Assembly: GCA_965213705.1 (NCBI GenBank) | Contig: OZ243913.1 | Coordinates: forward strand, 1,696,001 to 1,760,000 | DNA length: 64,000 nucleotides | Direction: 5' to 3' | Source: Trueperaceae bacterium | GTDB lineage: Bacteria > Deinococcota > Deinococci > Deinococcales > Trueperaceae | Shown: positions 41,108 through 51,663 of the stretch, one piece after another | Numbering within the stretch: the first letter of the stretch is position 1 | How the letters are laid out: every line of letters starts with the position of its first letter | The notes under the pieces: model-generated | The model's database searches: none | The model's input: the letters and a program-made list of their open reading frames with translations, nothing else | What the model was told of the DNA's origin: nothing | Position numbers and translations under genes: made by a program

Positions 41108-41986
41108 TTGAAGACGAGGGAGAAAGCCGTGGTGTTGCGTCGGGGTTGGGTTTTGAGCTTGCTCGTGTACGCGGCGGTCGGTACGGCCTTTTCTCAGGGT
41201 TTGGCGGCGCAAGACGCTGGGGGCGTGGTTTACGTCGCGCTCGAGGAGGTCGCGAGCCGCCTGGGCTACAGCCTGAGCGGGGGCGAAAGCAGTCTGACGC
41301 TGCGCGCCGCGGCGGGCGTGGCGGTGGTGTTCGCCGACTCGCCCGACATCCTCTTCAAACCCAAAAACAGCGTCGCAGCCCTCGAGCGGAGCGACCAGAG
41401 TTTGGCCGCTCCCGTACTCAAAACGGGTGAGACGTGGCTCGCGCCGTTGGAACTGCTCGAGCTGCTCGGCTTCACGGTGACGAACAAGAGCGTGACCACC
41501 CCGGAGGGTCGAACGTTCGCCCTGAACTTTGCAGCGCCCGACGTACCTCAAACGTCTCAGCGCGGCGAACTCGTCGACCTGGGCAACGGCGTCACCGGCG
41601 TAAGTTTTTACCTGCCTGGTGTCGCCGGGCCTGAGACCGTGAGCGTGCTGGTTTTGGACCTCAGCCTGCTCGCCCTGGTTTTTCCCCAGCAGCAGCGTAG
41701 CTTAGACGCGGTAGCGGCCAAGTTCAAAAACGCCAAACCCCTTTACTTTGCGGCGACAACGCTCGGCGCGGCCGAGTGGCAACCGGTTTTCACCGTGACC
41801 CAGGCCGGGCGCAGCGCGGAAGTGCGCTATCCTTTCGGTGTCAGCGTGCTGGCCGGGGACGCGGGCACCCTCACGCCCGACACGCCGGTTTCCGGTCTCG
41901 TCTTGCTGCCCACTTGGGTCAACTTGCGGCAACCGCTGACGCTCCGTTTGGCCGGGGTGAGCGCGACCGTGCAGTTTCGGCGCTGA
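41108..41986 (+). CDS. Hypothetical exported protein
   Basis: Signal peptide; N-domain YVALEEVASRLG...APV...W.APL resembles copper amine oxidase N-terminal-like (stalk) domains. Confidence 0.6.
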   Translation: MKTREKAVVLRRGWVLSLLVYAAVGTAFSQGLAAQDAGGVVYVALEEVASRLGYSLSGGESSLTLRAAAGVAVVFADSPDILFKPKNSVAALERSDQSLAAPVLKTGETWLAPLELLELLGFTVTNKSVTTPEGRTFALNFAAPDVPQTSQRGELVDLGNGVTGVSFYLPGVAGPETVSVLVLDLSLLALVFPQQQRSLDAVAAKFKNAKPLYFAATTLGAAEWQPVFTVTQAGRSAEVRYPFGVSVLAGDAGTLTPDTPVSGLVLLPTWVNLRQPLTLRLAGVSATVQFRR

Positions 41987-42121
41987 CGCTGCTCCAGTTC
42001 GTATACTGTTTATGCTGTATTTTTATGTTGTGTTCGTACGCTGTGACAAAACCAAAGGCCGGTGAAGGTTGATACTGGTAGCTTGACGCAAGGGCTGTTC
42101 GCAGCCGAAGGAGGTTAACCC

Positions 42122-43300
42122 GTGAACATCGTCATCGCAGCGGCCGCGCGGACCCCGGTGGGGGCGTTTCAGGGCGCGTTCTCGAGCCTGAAGGCATCAG
42201 AACTCGGCGCCGTCGTCGTGAAGGAAGTCGTTGAACGCGCCGGTCTGGGTGCCGACGACGTCGACCTCGTCCTGATGGGCAACGTGCTCAGCGCCGGGAT
42301 GGGCCAAGCCCCGGCGCGGCAAGCGGCTATCTACGCCGGCTTGAGCCCGAAAACACCGGCCGTCACCCTCAACAAAATGTGCGGCAGCGGCTTGGAGGCG
42401 GTTATCCAGGCCGCCCGGGTCGTCGCCCTGGGCGACGCCGAGGTGGTCGTCGCGGGCGGCATGGAGTCGATGACGAACGCGCCCTACTTGTTGCCGGGTG
42501 CGCGCGGCGGCCTGCGCATGGGCAACAAAGACGTGGTGGACTCGATGGTTCACGACGGGCTGTGGGACGTCTACAACGACCTCCACATGGGCTCTTGCGC
42601 CGAACTTTGCGCGACCGAATACGCGTTGACCCGCGCGGCGCAAGACGAGTACGCGGCCTGTTCGTACCGGCGCGCTCAAAAGGCGATGCAAAGTGGCGCG
42701 CTCGAGCGCGAAATCGTCCCGGTCGAAGTCCGGGGCCGCAAGGGTGAGGTCACGACGGTCGCCGAAGACGAAGGTCCGCAGCAAGTCAAGTTCGACAAAA
42801 TCCCCACCCTGCGACCCGCTTTCGAAAAAGAGGGCACGGTCACGGCGGCCAACGCCTCGACCATCAACGACGGCGCGGCGGCGCTCCTGGTGACGACCGA
42901 AGACGTCGCCAAGGCGCGGGGGCTGCCTGTTTTGGCGCGCGTTGCGGGCTACAGCGCCCACGCCAAAGCGCCCGAACTGTTCGCGACGGCCCCCGTCGGC
43001 GCGATGCAAAAACTTTTTGACAAACTGGCCTGGCAACCCGCCGAGGTCGACCTGTTTGAGGTCAACGAAGCGTTTGCGGTGGTCCCCTTGGCGGCGATGG
43101 CGGCCTTCGACCTGCCACACGAGCGCGTCAACGTCAACGGCGGCGCGGTCGCCGTCGGTCACCCCATCGGTGCGTCGGGAGCGCGCATCTTGGTCACGCT
43201 CCTCAACGCGCTCGAAGAGCGCGGCGCTGAACGCGGCGTGGCGAGCATCTGCATCGGCGGTGGCGAAGCTTTGGCGTTGGGGGTGGAAAGGGTCGCCTGA
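42122..43300 (+). CDS. Acetyl-CoA C-acetyltransferase (thiolase)
   Basis: NKMCGSG, NEAFA, GHPIGASG, CIGGGE; AAGGAGG RBS. Confidence 0.95.
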   Translation: MNIVIAAAARTPVGAFQGAFSSLKASELGAVVVKEVVERAGLGADDVDLVLMGNVLSAGMGQAPARQAAIYAGLSPKTPAVTLNKMCGSGLEAVIQAARVVALGDAEVVVAGGMESMTNAPYLLPGARGGLRMGNKDVVDSMVHDGLWDVYNDLHMGSCAELCATEYALTRAAQDEYAACSYRRAQKAMQSGALEREIVPVEVRGRKGEVTTVAEDEGPQQVKFDKIPTLRPAFEKEGTVTAANASTINDGAAALLVTTEDVAKARGLPVLARVAGYSAHAKAPELFATAPVGAMQKLFDKLAWQPAEVDLFEVNEAFAVVPLAAMAAFDLPHERVNVNGGAVAVGHPIGASGARILVTLLNALEERGAERGVASICIGGGEALALGVERVA

Positions 43301-44029
43301 GCACGGCCTCAAGCAGCGTTTCCCCGAATCACCCGAGTTTCAACGACCCAGAGAAGCGGACGTGAGAAGTCAATCCGCCCAACTGACTTAACACCCAGCT
43401 TCTTAATATCCAATCTTCTCAACACTTAATTGTCCTGGTACACAGGTGAAAACGAAGGCGTCACCTGTTGTGCCCGCTCGCCTTCGGCGGGGTTTTTGAG
43501 TTTGGCTGACGGTATTCGGAGGGTTCCGGCTTGACTGCCGGAACCCTCCGCTTTGAGCTGCAGTCTCAACGTCTGCAGTCTCCCCAACACCCAGACACCT
43601 CGAGCCCCCCGAAACTCACAGCCCCGGTTGCGTACCGGCTCAAAGAGGCGCGCGGCTCGAGCCTCTCCAAAAGACCGCCGAAACGTTTCCGGTATGCGAA
43701 CCGTCGCCGGTGTGCGGGAAGAACTGCTGACTCGAGCCGTGTCCAACCTCACCGAGCAAGCTCACACGCGGTTAGAGCACGGACAAACTCACTTTCAAAG
43801 TAGTATGATTGGTACATGGAAGTACGCTCATAACCCTCGACCGTTCCACACCCTGCCCTACAGCCCGCCCCTGCGCCACGTCGTTTGACCCGTGGCCGCG
43901 GAGTCCGAAGCCGCTGTCTTTTGCGGATTCGCTCGCGAGCGGTGCAGGCGGACGCGCCGTTACGGCACAGCTTCGCGGCGACTTTTTACGCGGGTGGGCC
44001 CGGAGCGGTTTGTTTTCCGAAGGAACATC

Positions 44030-44680
44030 ATGAGCGACACCGTGCGCGTGTTGCTCGCCGACGACCACCCCATCGTACGTTCGGGTATCAAGGGTGCTTT
44101 GGAAACCGAAGACAACATCAAGGTCGTGGGTGAGGCCAACGACGGGCACGAAGTTCAAACGCTCTGCCGAGAACTGTTGCCGGACGTTCTCTTGCTCGAC
44201 CTGAACATGCCCGGTCCCAAAGCGACCGAGACCATCGCGGTGGTCAGGGAGACCTGCCCGGACACCAAAATCGTCATGCTCACCGCACACGACGAAGACG
44301 CCTATATTCGCGCCGTCATGCGCGCCGGGGTGTCGGGTTACTTGCTCAAAGAAGAGGCGGTCGACACGGTCGTGAAGGCGGTCCGCGCCGTCAAAAAGGG
44401 TGCAGCTTGGTACAGCCAAACGATTGCCGAACGCTTCGTACAATGGCAGTTCGGCCGCGAGCCCGAAATTGAAGACGCCCAGCTCACGCCCAGGGAGCGC
44501 GAACTGCTGGTGCTCGTCGCCAAGGGTTGGGACAACGCCCGCATCGCCCAAGAGCTGAGTTTGGCCGAGCAAACGGTGCGCAACTACACGAGCACGCTGT
44601 ACGAAAAGTTGCAGGTGCATTCTCGAGCCGAGGCCATCGTCTGGGCTAGAGAGCGCGGCTTTGCCGACGAAGCAATCTAG
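44030..44680 (+). CDS. NarL/LuxR family response regulator (no adjacent kinase)
   Basis: LADDHP, LLDLNMP, GYLLK, LTPRE...NARIA...TVRNY. Confidence 0.92.
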   Translation: MSDTVRVLLADDHPIVRSGIKGALETEDNIKVVGEANDGHEVQTLCRELLPDVLLLDLNMPGPKATETIAVVRETCPDTKIVMLTAHDEDAYIRAVMRAGVSGYLLKEEAVDTVVKAVRAVKKGAAWYSQTIAERFVQWQFGREPEIEDAQLTPRERELLVLVAKGWDNARIAQELSLAEQTVRNYTSTLYEKLQVHSRAEAIVWARERGFADEAI

Positions 44681-45011
44681 GCGGTGATTTACAGTCACCT
44701 CGACTTTCGTCAGGTAGGAACGTCGGGTCGAAAAAAGCAACCGAGGGAGCGCGAACGGGTTGCACCTCTTCCCCTTGCTGTTTGTCTTTTCCACTTTTTC
44801 TTCAAACACCTCGCCAAAGTCGCCGAGGAGGTTGCCAAGTACAGGCGTCCACTAATTTGAGTAAGGCCGTTCACTTTTGTGTCTACCTCAATAGCCGACG
44901 CTCACTCCATACTCATACCTGTACTTTTCGAAAATCGTACTTTATCCTGTAGGCCTACACCAACATTTTTCGGTGTGCGTGGGCAAGCTTAAGGTTGACT
45001 GGGAGGTCGAC

Positions 45012-45149
45012 ATGTTGGAAACGATTGCGATTATTCTTCTTGTGCTCTGGCTTTTGGGTCTGGTGACCGGATTTCTCGGCAACCTCATCTATATCCTGCT
45101 CGTGGTCGCCGTCGTCCTCTTTCTGGTGAGGTTTTTGCGCCGCACCTAG
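45012..45149 (+). CDS. lmo0937-family (DUF5670) small membrane protein, 45 aa
   Basis: GGGAGG RBS; MLETIAIILLVLWLLGLVTGFLGNLIYILLVVAVVLFLVRFLRRT; below the ORF-track cutoff. Confidence 0.85.
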   Translation: MLETIAIILLVLWLLGLVTGFLGNLIYILLVVAVVLFLVRFLRRT

Positions 45150-45278
45150 CGAACACGACCTCACCAGTTAAGGACAACCTACCAGTAAGGACAACTTCAA
45201 AAGTGCAAGAGCGTGTCTAAAAACACGCTCTTTTGCAAGTTTATTCGGCCACGGGGCTCGAGACGTTTTTCCTGCCGG

Positions 45279-46145
45279 CTACGAACTTCCGACGGGGTTC
45301 TGTTCTTTACGGTTGGCATAAACTTGGGTAAACTCCGCGCCGAGCAGAAAAATCTGCGCGGAGTAGTAAACCCACAGCAGCAAAACGACCAGTGAGCCGG
45401 CGCTGCCATAGGTACTCGCCACGGCGCTCTTGCTCAGGTACAGCCCGATAAGCGTCTTACCGACAACAAAAAGTAACGCAGTCACGGCCGCACCCGCCCA
45501 CATGTCGTGCCACCTCACTTCGGTGTCGGGCAGAACTTTGAATAAGACGGCGAAAAAGAGGGTAAGAACGACAAAAGACACGCCTTCGACGGCGAACCCC
45601 CAAACAAAGTCGGTGCCCGGCAGCAGGGTCCGCGCCGAGGTGGACAGGGCGTCGACCACAGCAGTCGCCACCAGTGACAAGACGAGCAGAAAGCCGATGC
45701 CGACGACCAGGGCAAAGGAGACGAGGCGCGAGCGCAACAGCCGCACCACCCCACTTTTGTCCGGGTCGGGTTGGACGTCCCAGATATGGTTGAGGGCGTT
45801 TTGGAGCTGAACGAAGACACCCGTCGCGCCCACGATAAGCAAGACGAAGCCGATGACGGTTGCCAACACATCACCCGAGGTGGCCCCCTGCCGCTCGCTG
45901 ATAATCGTCCTGATAAAGTCCGCAACGCCGTCGCCGAACACGTCCTGCAACTGGGCGACAAGTTCTTGCTCTCCGAACGTTTGGCCGAGAAAACCCGAAG
46001 CCAAGTTCAGCACGGCAACGACAATGATGAGTAAGGGCGCGAGTGAAAACACCGTGTAATAGGCAAGCGACGCCGCGTACACCGATACGTTGTCACTCTG
46101 CCATTCTTTCAGGGTCTGTTTTGCTACAGCCAACGCCTTGTTCAT
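45279..46145 (-). CDS. YihY/virulence factor BrkB family membrane protein
   Basis: AASLAYYTVFSLAPL, LQNALNHIW, YGSAGSLVVLLLWVYYS..IFLLGAE; GGGAGG before ATG 46145. Confidence 0.92.
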   Translation of the reverse strand: MNKALAVAKQTLKEWQSDNVSVYAASLAYYTVFSLAPLLIIVVAVLNLASGFLGQTFGEQELVAQLQDVFGDGVADFIRTIISERQGATSGDVLATVIGFVLLIVGATGVFVQLQNALNHIWDVQPDPDKSGVVRLLRSRLVSFALVVGIGFLLVLSLVATAVVDALSTSARTLLPGTDFVWGFAVEGVSFVVLTLFFAVLFKVLPDTEVRWHDMWAGAAVTALLFVVGKTLIGLYLSKSAVASTYGSAGSLVVLLLWVYYSAQIFLLGAEFTQVYANRKEQNPVGSS

Positions 46146-46525
46146 AGACCTCCCGAGCCGAGAATACCTCACCACGGTCTTCGTTCCTGGTACGACCGAG
46201 TTTTTTGCCTTGTGACCTTTCTCCGGCGGCTTGCCGATGGTGCACCTTCGGCAAGCCGCTCGGTACCTCGCCATATACCTGCTTTGTCGAGGCGAAGGTC
46301 CGGGGCGGTTCGGTCAATCCCACGCCTTTACGACGTTGCTTTGGCGCGGCTCGAGTACTTCTATACCAAAGAAATGTACGGGTGTACAAAGCTCGGCGCG
46401 TACCGCTGCCTCTCACCGACGCCCCCGCAATCTTTTAGGCTGGCACGATGCAGCAGCTCGCCGCTCTATCCTGTACTTCTCCAGACTGTATTTCCAGGTC
46501 GGGGTTGGGTTTATACTATTGTCAA

Positions 46526-46581
46526 GTCTACACCTATAGGTTTGCACTTGTGGGTCTATACCTGTAGGTTTATACCTGGAT
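46526..46581. repeat. 4 x 14-bp imperfect tandem repeat in a divergent promoter region
   Basis: gtctacacctatag/gtttgcacttgtgg/gtctatacctgtag/gtttatacctggat. Confidence 0.75.
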
Positions 46582-46698
46582 AGGTCTTTGTGAGGGTCGG
46601 CTGCTCCACCGGGTCTGGGTCAACCGAACGTGGTCGCTCTGGCGCTTGGCCCCGCACCGAACGAACCTCGCGACGACCAGGGTGAAAGGGAGGAAAAA

Positions 46699-47163
46699 AT
46701 GGACACGCAAAAAGAAGGCAACGCCACTCTCAAAAACGATGCCAAAGAGGTCGCCGACAGCGTCGCTGCCGACGTCAAACAAAAAGCCGGGGAGACGAAA
46801 GACCAGGTTGTCGGTCAGCTCAAAGAAGTTCAGGATGAGGTGACGAGCCAAGCTAAGTCGGGTTTGCAACAGGGACGCAGCCAAGTCGCCTCGCAAGTCG
46901 GCGGCGTGGCGTCGGCCGTTCAGCAGTTCGGCGAACAGCTCCGCAACGAAGACCATCCCAACTTGGCGAGTTACACCGAGAAGTTCGGCGAACAGGTCAA
47001 AGGCGTCGCGGACTACATGGAGAACCGAGACTTGGGCGACATTATCAGCGACGTCGAGGGTTTTGCGCGCCGGCAACCGGCGGCGTTCATCGGCTTGTCG
47101 CTCGTTTTAGGTCTCGCGGCCGCCCGGTTTCTCAAAAGCTCGAGCCCGAACCAGCCTCGCTAG
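46699..47163 (+). CDS. LEA-like helical protein with C-terminal membrane anchor
   Basis: GGGAGG RBS; amphipathic K/Q/D helices; FARRQPAAFIG..LGLAAARFLKSS tail. Confidence 0.75.
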   Translation: MDTQKEGNATLKNDAKEVADSVAADVKQKAGETKDQVVGQLKEVQDEVTSQAKSGLQQGRSQVASQVGGVASAVQQFGEQLRNEDHPNLASYTEKFGEQVKGVADYMENRDLGDIISDVEGFARRQPAAFIGLSLVLGLAAARFLKSSSPNQPR

Positions 47164-47303
47164 GCTCCGTTTTTGCCGGTCACCTTTTGTTTGTCATTTC
47201 GTTTGTCATTATCGACCCGTAGCAGTCGGTCAACTTTTCGGTCACCGGGTTTGCACAGCCGCACCCCTTTCTGAACGGGTGCCGAACACTTAAGGAGAGA
47301 ATC

Positions 47304-48476
47304 ATGGACGACCCCAACCAGAACAACACGTCAGCTTCGGACGCGAACAAAACGCCCGAAGAACTGCAAGCGGACATTGCCTCAACTCGGGAACGCATCG
47401 GCAGGGACATCGACGAACTTTCCGACCGCGTCAACCCCGAACGCCTTCAAAACCAAGCGAAAGACGCGCTCGCGGACACGCTGGCAGGCGCGCAAGAAAC
47501 CGTCATGGGGACGGTCAACGACCTGGGCCAAAAGGCCAGCGCACGCGCGCAAGAGGCGAGTTCCGGTCTTATCGGCATGATTAGAAGCAACCCGGTGCCC
47601 GCAGCCCTTATCGGTTTGGGCGTCGGCTTGTTGGCGGCGGGCGGCGCGACCGTCGCGGGTTCGTCGGGCGGCGCGAGCCGTTACAAAACCTACGGCGGCG
47701 ACGCTTACGGCGGTTTCGACCGCACGGGGGGTTCGGCCTCCGACCGCTTCGGCACCAGTTCAAACGACGCACTGGTGGGTGCCAAGGCCCTGCCCCGTAC
47801 GAATTACGCTCAAGACTATGGTGACCAGGGCTACGGTCAGGGTTACGGTGGGCGAGCGGGCTCGTCTTCGCAGGGTTCGTTTTTACAGGGTTCGTTTTCG
47901 CAGCGGTCCTCGCAGAGCAGCGGCGCTCAAGGCGTCATGGGCTGGGTCGAAGAGCATCCCTTGGCGGTGGGCGCGGTCACCTTGTTGCTAGGCGCGGCCA
48001 TCGGCCTGTCGGCACCCGGCACACGCTACGAAGACGAAACGATGGGTGAAATGAGCGACCGCTCCATCCAGCGGGCCAAGAGCGTCGTCGGCGACGCCGT
48101 CGACGTGGTCAAGGAAAGTGCCAGCCAAGCGACGAAAGCGGTCAAGGACGAGTTGAGTGAGCGCTCACCCTCCAAAGACGGTCTGAAAGACACCGTCAAG
48201 GCGGTAGCCGGAACCGTCACGAGCGAGGTCAAAGACGCCGCGACAAACGTGGTGGACAAGACCACGCAGGCCGTCAAAGAGGAAACAAACAAAAAAACAG
48301 GTTCCGGTAACGTGGACTCTGACACTGCAAGTTCTAACAACGCAAACTCTGCCAACGCAAAAAACAGCGCTGCAGACTCTAATACTGCAGACTCTGATAC
48401 TGCAGGCTCCAACACTGCGGACTCCAAAGACGGCGGTTCCAAAAACGCCGCCTCTAAAAAGTCGGACAACACCTGA
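47304..48476 (+). CDS. DUF3618 domain protein
   Basis: TPEELQADIASTRERIGRDIDELSDRVNP; two NP/HP-hydrophobic anchors; ADSNT-type repeats in the tail. Confidence 0.8.
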   Translation: MDDPNQNNTSASDANKTPEELQADIASTRERIGRDIDELSDRVNPERLQNQAKDALADTLAGAQETVMGTVNDLGQKASARAQEASSGLIGMIRSNPVPAALIGLGVGLLAAGGATVAGSSGGASRYKTYGGDAYGGFDRTGGSASDRFGTSSNDALVGAKALPRTNYAQDYGDQGYGQGYGGRAGSSSQGSFLQGSFSQRSSQSSGAQGVMGWVEEHPLAVGAVTLLLGAAIGLSAPGTRYEDETMGEMSDRSIQRAKSVVGDAVDVVKESASQATKAVKDELSERSPSKDGLKDTVKAVAGTVTSEVKDAATNVVDKTTQAVKEETNKKTGSGNVDSDTASSNNANSANAKNSAADSNTADSDTAGSNTADSKDGGSKNAASKKSDNT

Positions 48477-48492
48477 CCCGACAGCCGAACCC

Positions 48493-48525
48493 AAGGGCCG
48501 AGAGTCGTTTTCTCGGCCCTTTTTT
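48493..48525 (+). terminator. Intrinsic terminator
   Basis: AAGGGCCGAGA-gtcgttt-TCTCGGCCCTT followed by a T tract. Confidence 0.85.
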
Positions 48526-48701
48526 GTAGCCGTTCCCCGACCCGACCACGTGGCCTGAGCCCAGACCGTAGTTGGTGAGCTAGTTGTGAGCCGCTCGCAC
48601 GTTTTATAAAGGTTGGGTCGGCCAGATGCACGTCGGGGTTTCCGGACCCCGGGCACTCGCGAGTGAAAGCCGACCCCGCTTGCGAAGGCGTAAAGGAGAC
48701 C

Positions 48702-50408
48702 ATGACATCTAAAACTGCTTCAGCCGAGACGGTTGCAAGTGCGACTTCGGACACACCCGGAGACAACGCGTCCGTTTCGTTTAGTTTGTTCGCGCCCTAC
48801 AACACAGAAGCCGTCCTCAGGGGCAGCTTTTCAGGCTGGGAAGACATCCCGATGACTAAGGGAGACGACGGTGTTTTTCGCGTCGAACTCAGTTTGGCCG
48901 ACGGCGACTACACCTACAAGTTTCGAGTCCGCTCCAAAAGTTGGTTTGTAGACGAGGACGCTTTCGTCGACGTCGTCGACCCTTACGCTACGGCCGTCGA
49001 GGACACCGAGCAGGCCAACGGCGTGTTGTGTGTACAAAACGGTGCGCGCATCACCGACGCTTACGTTTGGCAGCACGACGACAAACCTTTACCCCCCGAC
49101 CACAGCCTCGTGATTTACGAGTTGCACGTAGGGGACTTTTCGGGTGAGGGCGACCTGGCCGGGCGCGGACGTTTCGAGGACGTCGTCGCCAAGCTCGACT
49201 ACCTGAGCGACTTGGGCGTCAACGCGGTCGAGCTGATGCCGGTCGAAGAGTACCCGGGCGACCACAGTTGGGGCTACAACCCGCGCTACTTTTTTGCCGC
49301 CGAGTCGAGCTACGGCTCGAGCGCGGACCTCAAAGCCTTGGTCGACGCCTGTCACTCCCTGGGCATTCGCGTTATCAAAGACGGCGTCTACAACCACTCC
49401 GAAGCGAGCAGCCCACTAACCCAAATCGACCACGACTACTGGTATCACCACGAGCCGAGAGACCCTGACAACAACTGGGGACCCGAATTCAACTACGAAA
49501 AGTACGACGAAAACTTAGACACCTACCCGGCACGAAAGTTCGTCGGCGACGCGGTGCGCTACTGGACGAGCGAGTACCACTTGGACGGCCTCCGTTTCGA
49601 CGCGGCGCGGCAGATGGAGAACTTCGACTTTATGTACTGGGTCACGCGCGAGGCCAAGCGCGTCGCCGGGGACAAGCCGTTTTACACGGTTGCCGAATAT
49701 ATCCCCGAAACGCCCGAAGTGACCGGTGTAGACGGTCCGATGGACGCCTGCTGGCACGACAGCTTCTACCACACCCTCAAAGAGGTTATGCACGGCGAAC
49801 GGGTGGACTTCGAACGCCTCAAAAACGCGCTCGACGCAAAACGCACAGGCTTTCCGGGTGCGACCAACGTGATTAACTACCTCTCCAACCACGACCACAA
49901 CCACGTTATGGCCGACTTGGGCGACGCTGGGATTTTGGGTGAGGAGGCTTTTAGACGCGTCAGACTCGGCGCGGCGCTGCTGATGACGGCCGTCGGCGTG
50001 CCGCTGGTCTGGATGGGGGACGAGTTCGGCGAGTTTACTCACACTTCGGTAGAGCAGAACAAGCTCGACTGGGCGCTGTTGGGCAACGACGCCAACCGCA
50101 ACCTGCGCGAGACCTTCAAGGGCCTTATCGGTTTGCGCACCTCGAGCCCGGCCCTGTTTACCGCCAACATCGACTTTTTCCACGAGAACCCCGACAAAAA
50201 CGTCATCGCTTACACGCGTTGGGACGAAGGTTCGCGCGTCGTCATCGTCGCCAACCTGTCCGCCGACTTTCACGGCGGCTACACCGTCCCCGACTTTCCC
50301 GCTCAGGGAACCCTGCACGAGTGGACGGGCGACTACGACGTCACGGTCGAGGGCGACAGCGTGACCCTCGACTTGCCCCCGTTCGAAGCGAAAGTGTTTG
50401 TGGGGTGA
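48702..50408 (+). CDS. GH13 alpha-amylase family enzyme with CBM48 (TreZ/branching-enzyme-like)
   Basis: IYELHVG, WGYNP, VYNH, GLRFDA, VAE, NHD; AAGGAG before ATG 48702. Confidence 0.88.
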   Translation: MTSKTASAETVASATSDTPGDNASVSFSLFAPYNTEAVLRGSFSGWEDIPMTKGDDGVFRVELSLADGDYTYKFRVRSKSWFVDEDAFVDVVDPYATAVEDTEQANGVLCVQNGARITDAYVWQHDDKPLPPDHSLVIYELHVGDFSGEGDLAGRGRFEDVVAKLDYLSDLGVNAVELMPVEEYPGDHSWGYNPRYFFAAESSYGSSADLKALVDACHSLGIRVIKDGVYNHSEASSPLTQIDHDYWYHHEPRDPDNNWGPEFNYEKYDENLDTYPARKFVGDAVRYWTSEYHLDGLRFDAARQMENFDFMYWVTREAKRVAGDKPFYTVAEYIPETPEVTGVDGPMDACWHDSFYHTLKEVMHGERVDFERLKNALDAKRTGFPGATNVINYLSNHDHNHVMADLGDAGILGEEAFRRVRLGAALLMTAVGVPLVWMGDEFGEFTHTSVEQNKLDWALLGNDANRNLRETFKGLIGLRTSSPALFTANIDFFHENPDKNVIAYTRWDEGSRVVIVANLSADFHGGYTVPDFPAQGTLHEWTGDYDVTVEGDSVTLDLPPFEAKVFVG

Positions 50409-50410
50409 AA

Positions 50411-50441
50411 GTGGAGGGCGGGTTTGAAACCCGCCTTCCAC
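50411..50441. repeat. REP-like hairpin between convergent genes
   Basis: GTGGAGGGCGGGTTT-g-AAACCCGCCTTCCAC. Confidence 0.6.
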
Positions 50442-50460
50442 GCGACCTTCAACACCAGCC

Positions 50461-51663
50461 CTACGCCGTCCTGCGCCGCTCGCCGTGCCGCAAAATCTGG
50501 TCGGGGTTGTCTAAGTTGCCCGCGTCGACAGTCAGGCTCGAGACGTTGCTGCCCGGCACCTCAAACATGAGGTCGAGAAGGGTTTTCTCCAACACGGCCC
50601 GCAAACCCCGCGCCCCCGTTTTGTAGTCGTGGGCGCGCTGGGCGACTTCGAAAAGCGCGGCTTCGGTAAACCTGAGTTCGACGCCCTCTAACGAAAACAG
50701 TTCCTTGTACTGCTTGACGAGCGCGTTTTTCGGCTTGGTGAGGACATTGACGAGCGCGTCCAGGCTCAGGTCTTGCAACCTCACGCTCACCGCCAAGCGC
50801 CCGATGAGTTCCGGGATGAGCCCGAACTTCATCAGGTCTTCGGGCAGCACCTCGGTCGTGGCGACTTTGTCTTCAAACCTGGTATCGTCGTAACTCTGAA
50901 AGCCGACGCTGGCTACGTTGACGCGTTTGCCGACGATGTCGTTGATTCCTTCGAACGCGCCGCCGCAGATGAACAAGATGTTGCTCGTGTCGACCGGGAT
51001 GAGTTCCTGGTGCGGGTGTTTGCGCCCGCCCTGGGGCGGCACGTGGGTCACGGTGCCCTCGACGATTTTCAACAGCGCTTGCTGCACGCCCTCGCCGGAC
51101 ACGTCCCGCGTGATAGACACGCCCTCGGACTTGCGGGCGATTTTGTCGATTTCGTCCAAGTAGATAATGCCCCGCTCGGCCGCCTCGACGTCGTAGTTGG
51201 CGGTTTGCAGCAGCCTCAAGATGATGTTTTCGACGTCGTCGCCCACGTAGCCCGCTTCGGTCAGGGTGGTCGCGTCGGCGATGGCGAAGGGCACTTGCAA
51301 AATTCGCGCCAGCGTTTGGGCCAGCAGCGTTTTACCCGTACCCGACGAGCCTATCAACAAAATGTTCGCTTTTTGCAGGTCAGAGTCGGGGTACTGCAAG
51401 CGGCGGTAGTGGTTGTAGACCGCCACGGACAGCGCTTTTTTGGCCTCGTCCTGTTCGATGACGTAGGCGTCGAGCTGGCTTTTCAGTTCGCGCGGCGTCG
51501 GCAAGCGCCCGCCCGCCATGTGCTTGGTGCGGTTGGCCTCGAGCACGTCCGAAATCCGCTCGACGCAGTAGTTGCAAATGTGCGTCAAGCCGTTTTCCGA
51601 GGCGACCAGTCGGCCCACCTCGGCGTGGGTGCGACCGCAAAAGTTACAGCGGGGCTGCGGCAT
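50461..51663 (-). CDS. clpX: ATP-dependent Clp protease ATPase ClpX
   Basis: C4 zinc domain, [28 protein letters not shown] loop. Confidence 0.97.
   Translation of the reverse strand: MPQPRCNFCGRTHAEVGRLVASENGLTHICNYCVERISDVLEANRTKHMAGGRLPTPRELKSQLDAYVIEQDEAKKALSVAVYNHYRRLQYPDSDLQKANILLIGSSGTGKTLLAQTLARILQVPFAIADATTLTEAGYVGDDVENIILRLLQTANYDVEAAERGIIYLDEIDKIARKSEGVSITRDVSGEGVQQALLKIVEGTVTHVPPQGGRKHPHQELIPVDTSNILFICGGAFEGINDIVGKRVNVASVGFQSYDDTRFEDKVATTEVLPEDLMKFGLIPELIGRLAVSVRLQDLSLDALVNVLTKPKNALVKQYKELFSLEGVELRFTEAALFEVAQRAHDYKTGARGLRAVLEKTLLDLMFEVPGSNVSSLTVDAGNLDNPDQILRHGERRRTA

Noticed and set aside
42197..43312. Long antisense ORFs (also 56102..57391, 50773..51834, 60222..61196, 63177..63977)
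   Set aside because: Mirror frames of well-supported genes, expected with GC-rich codon usage
43320..44000. Short ORFs between the thiolase and the response regulator
   Set aside because: No recognisable motifs or RBS, and conflicting frames; possibly a decayed gene but not supportable
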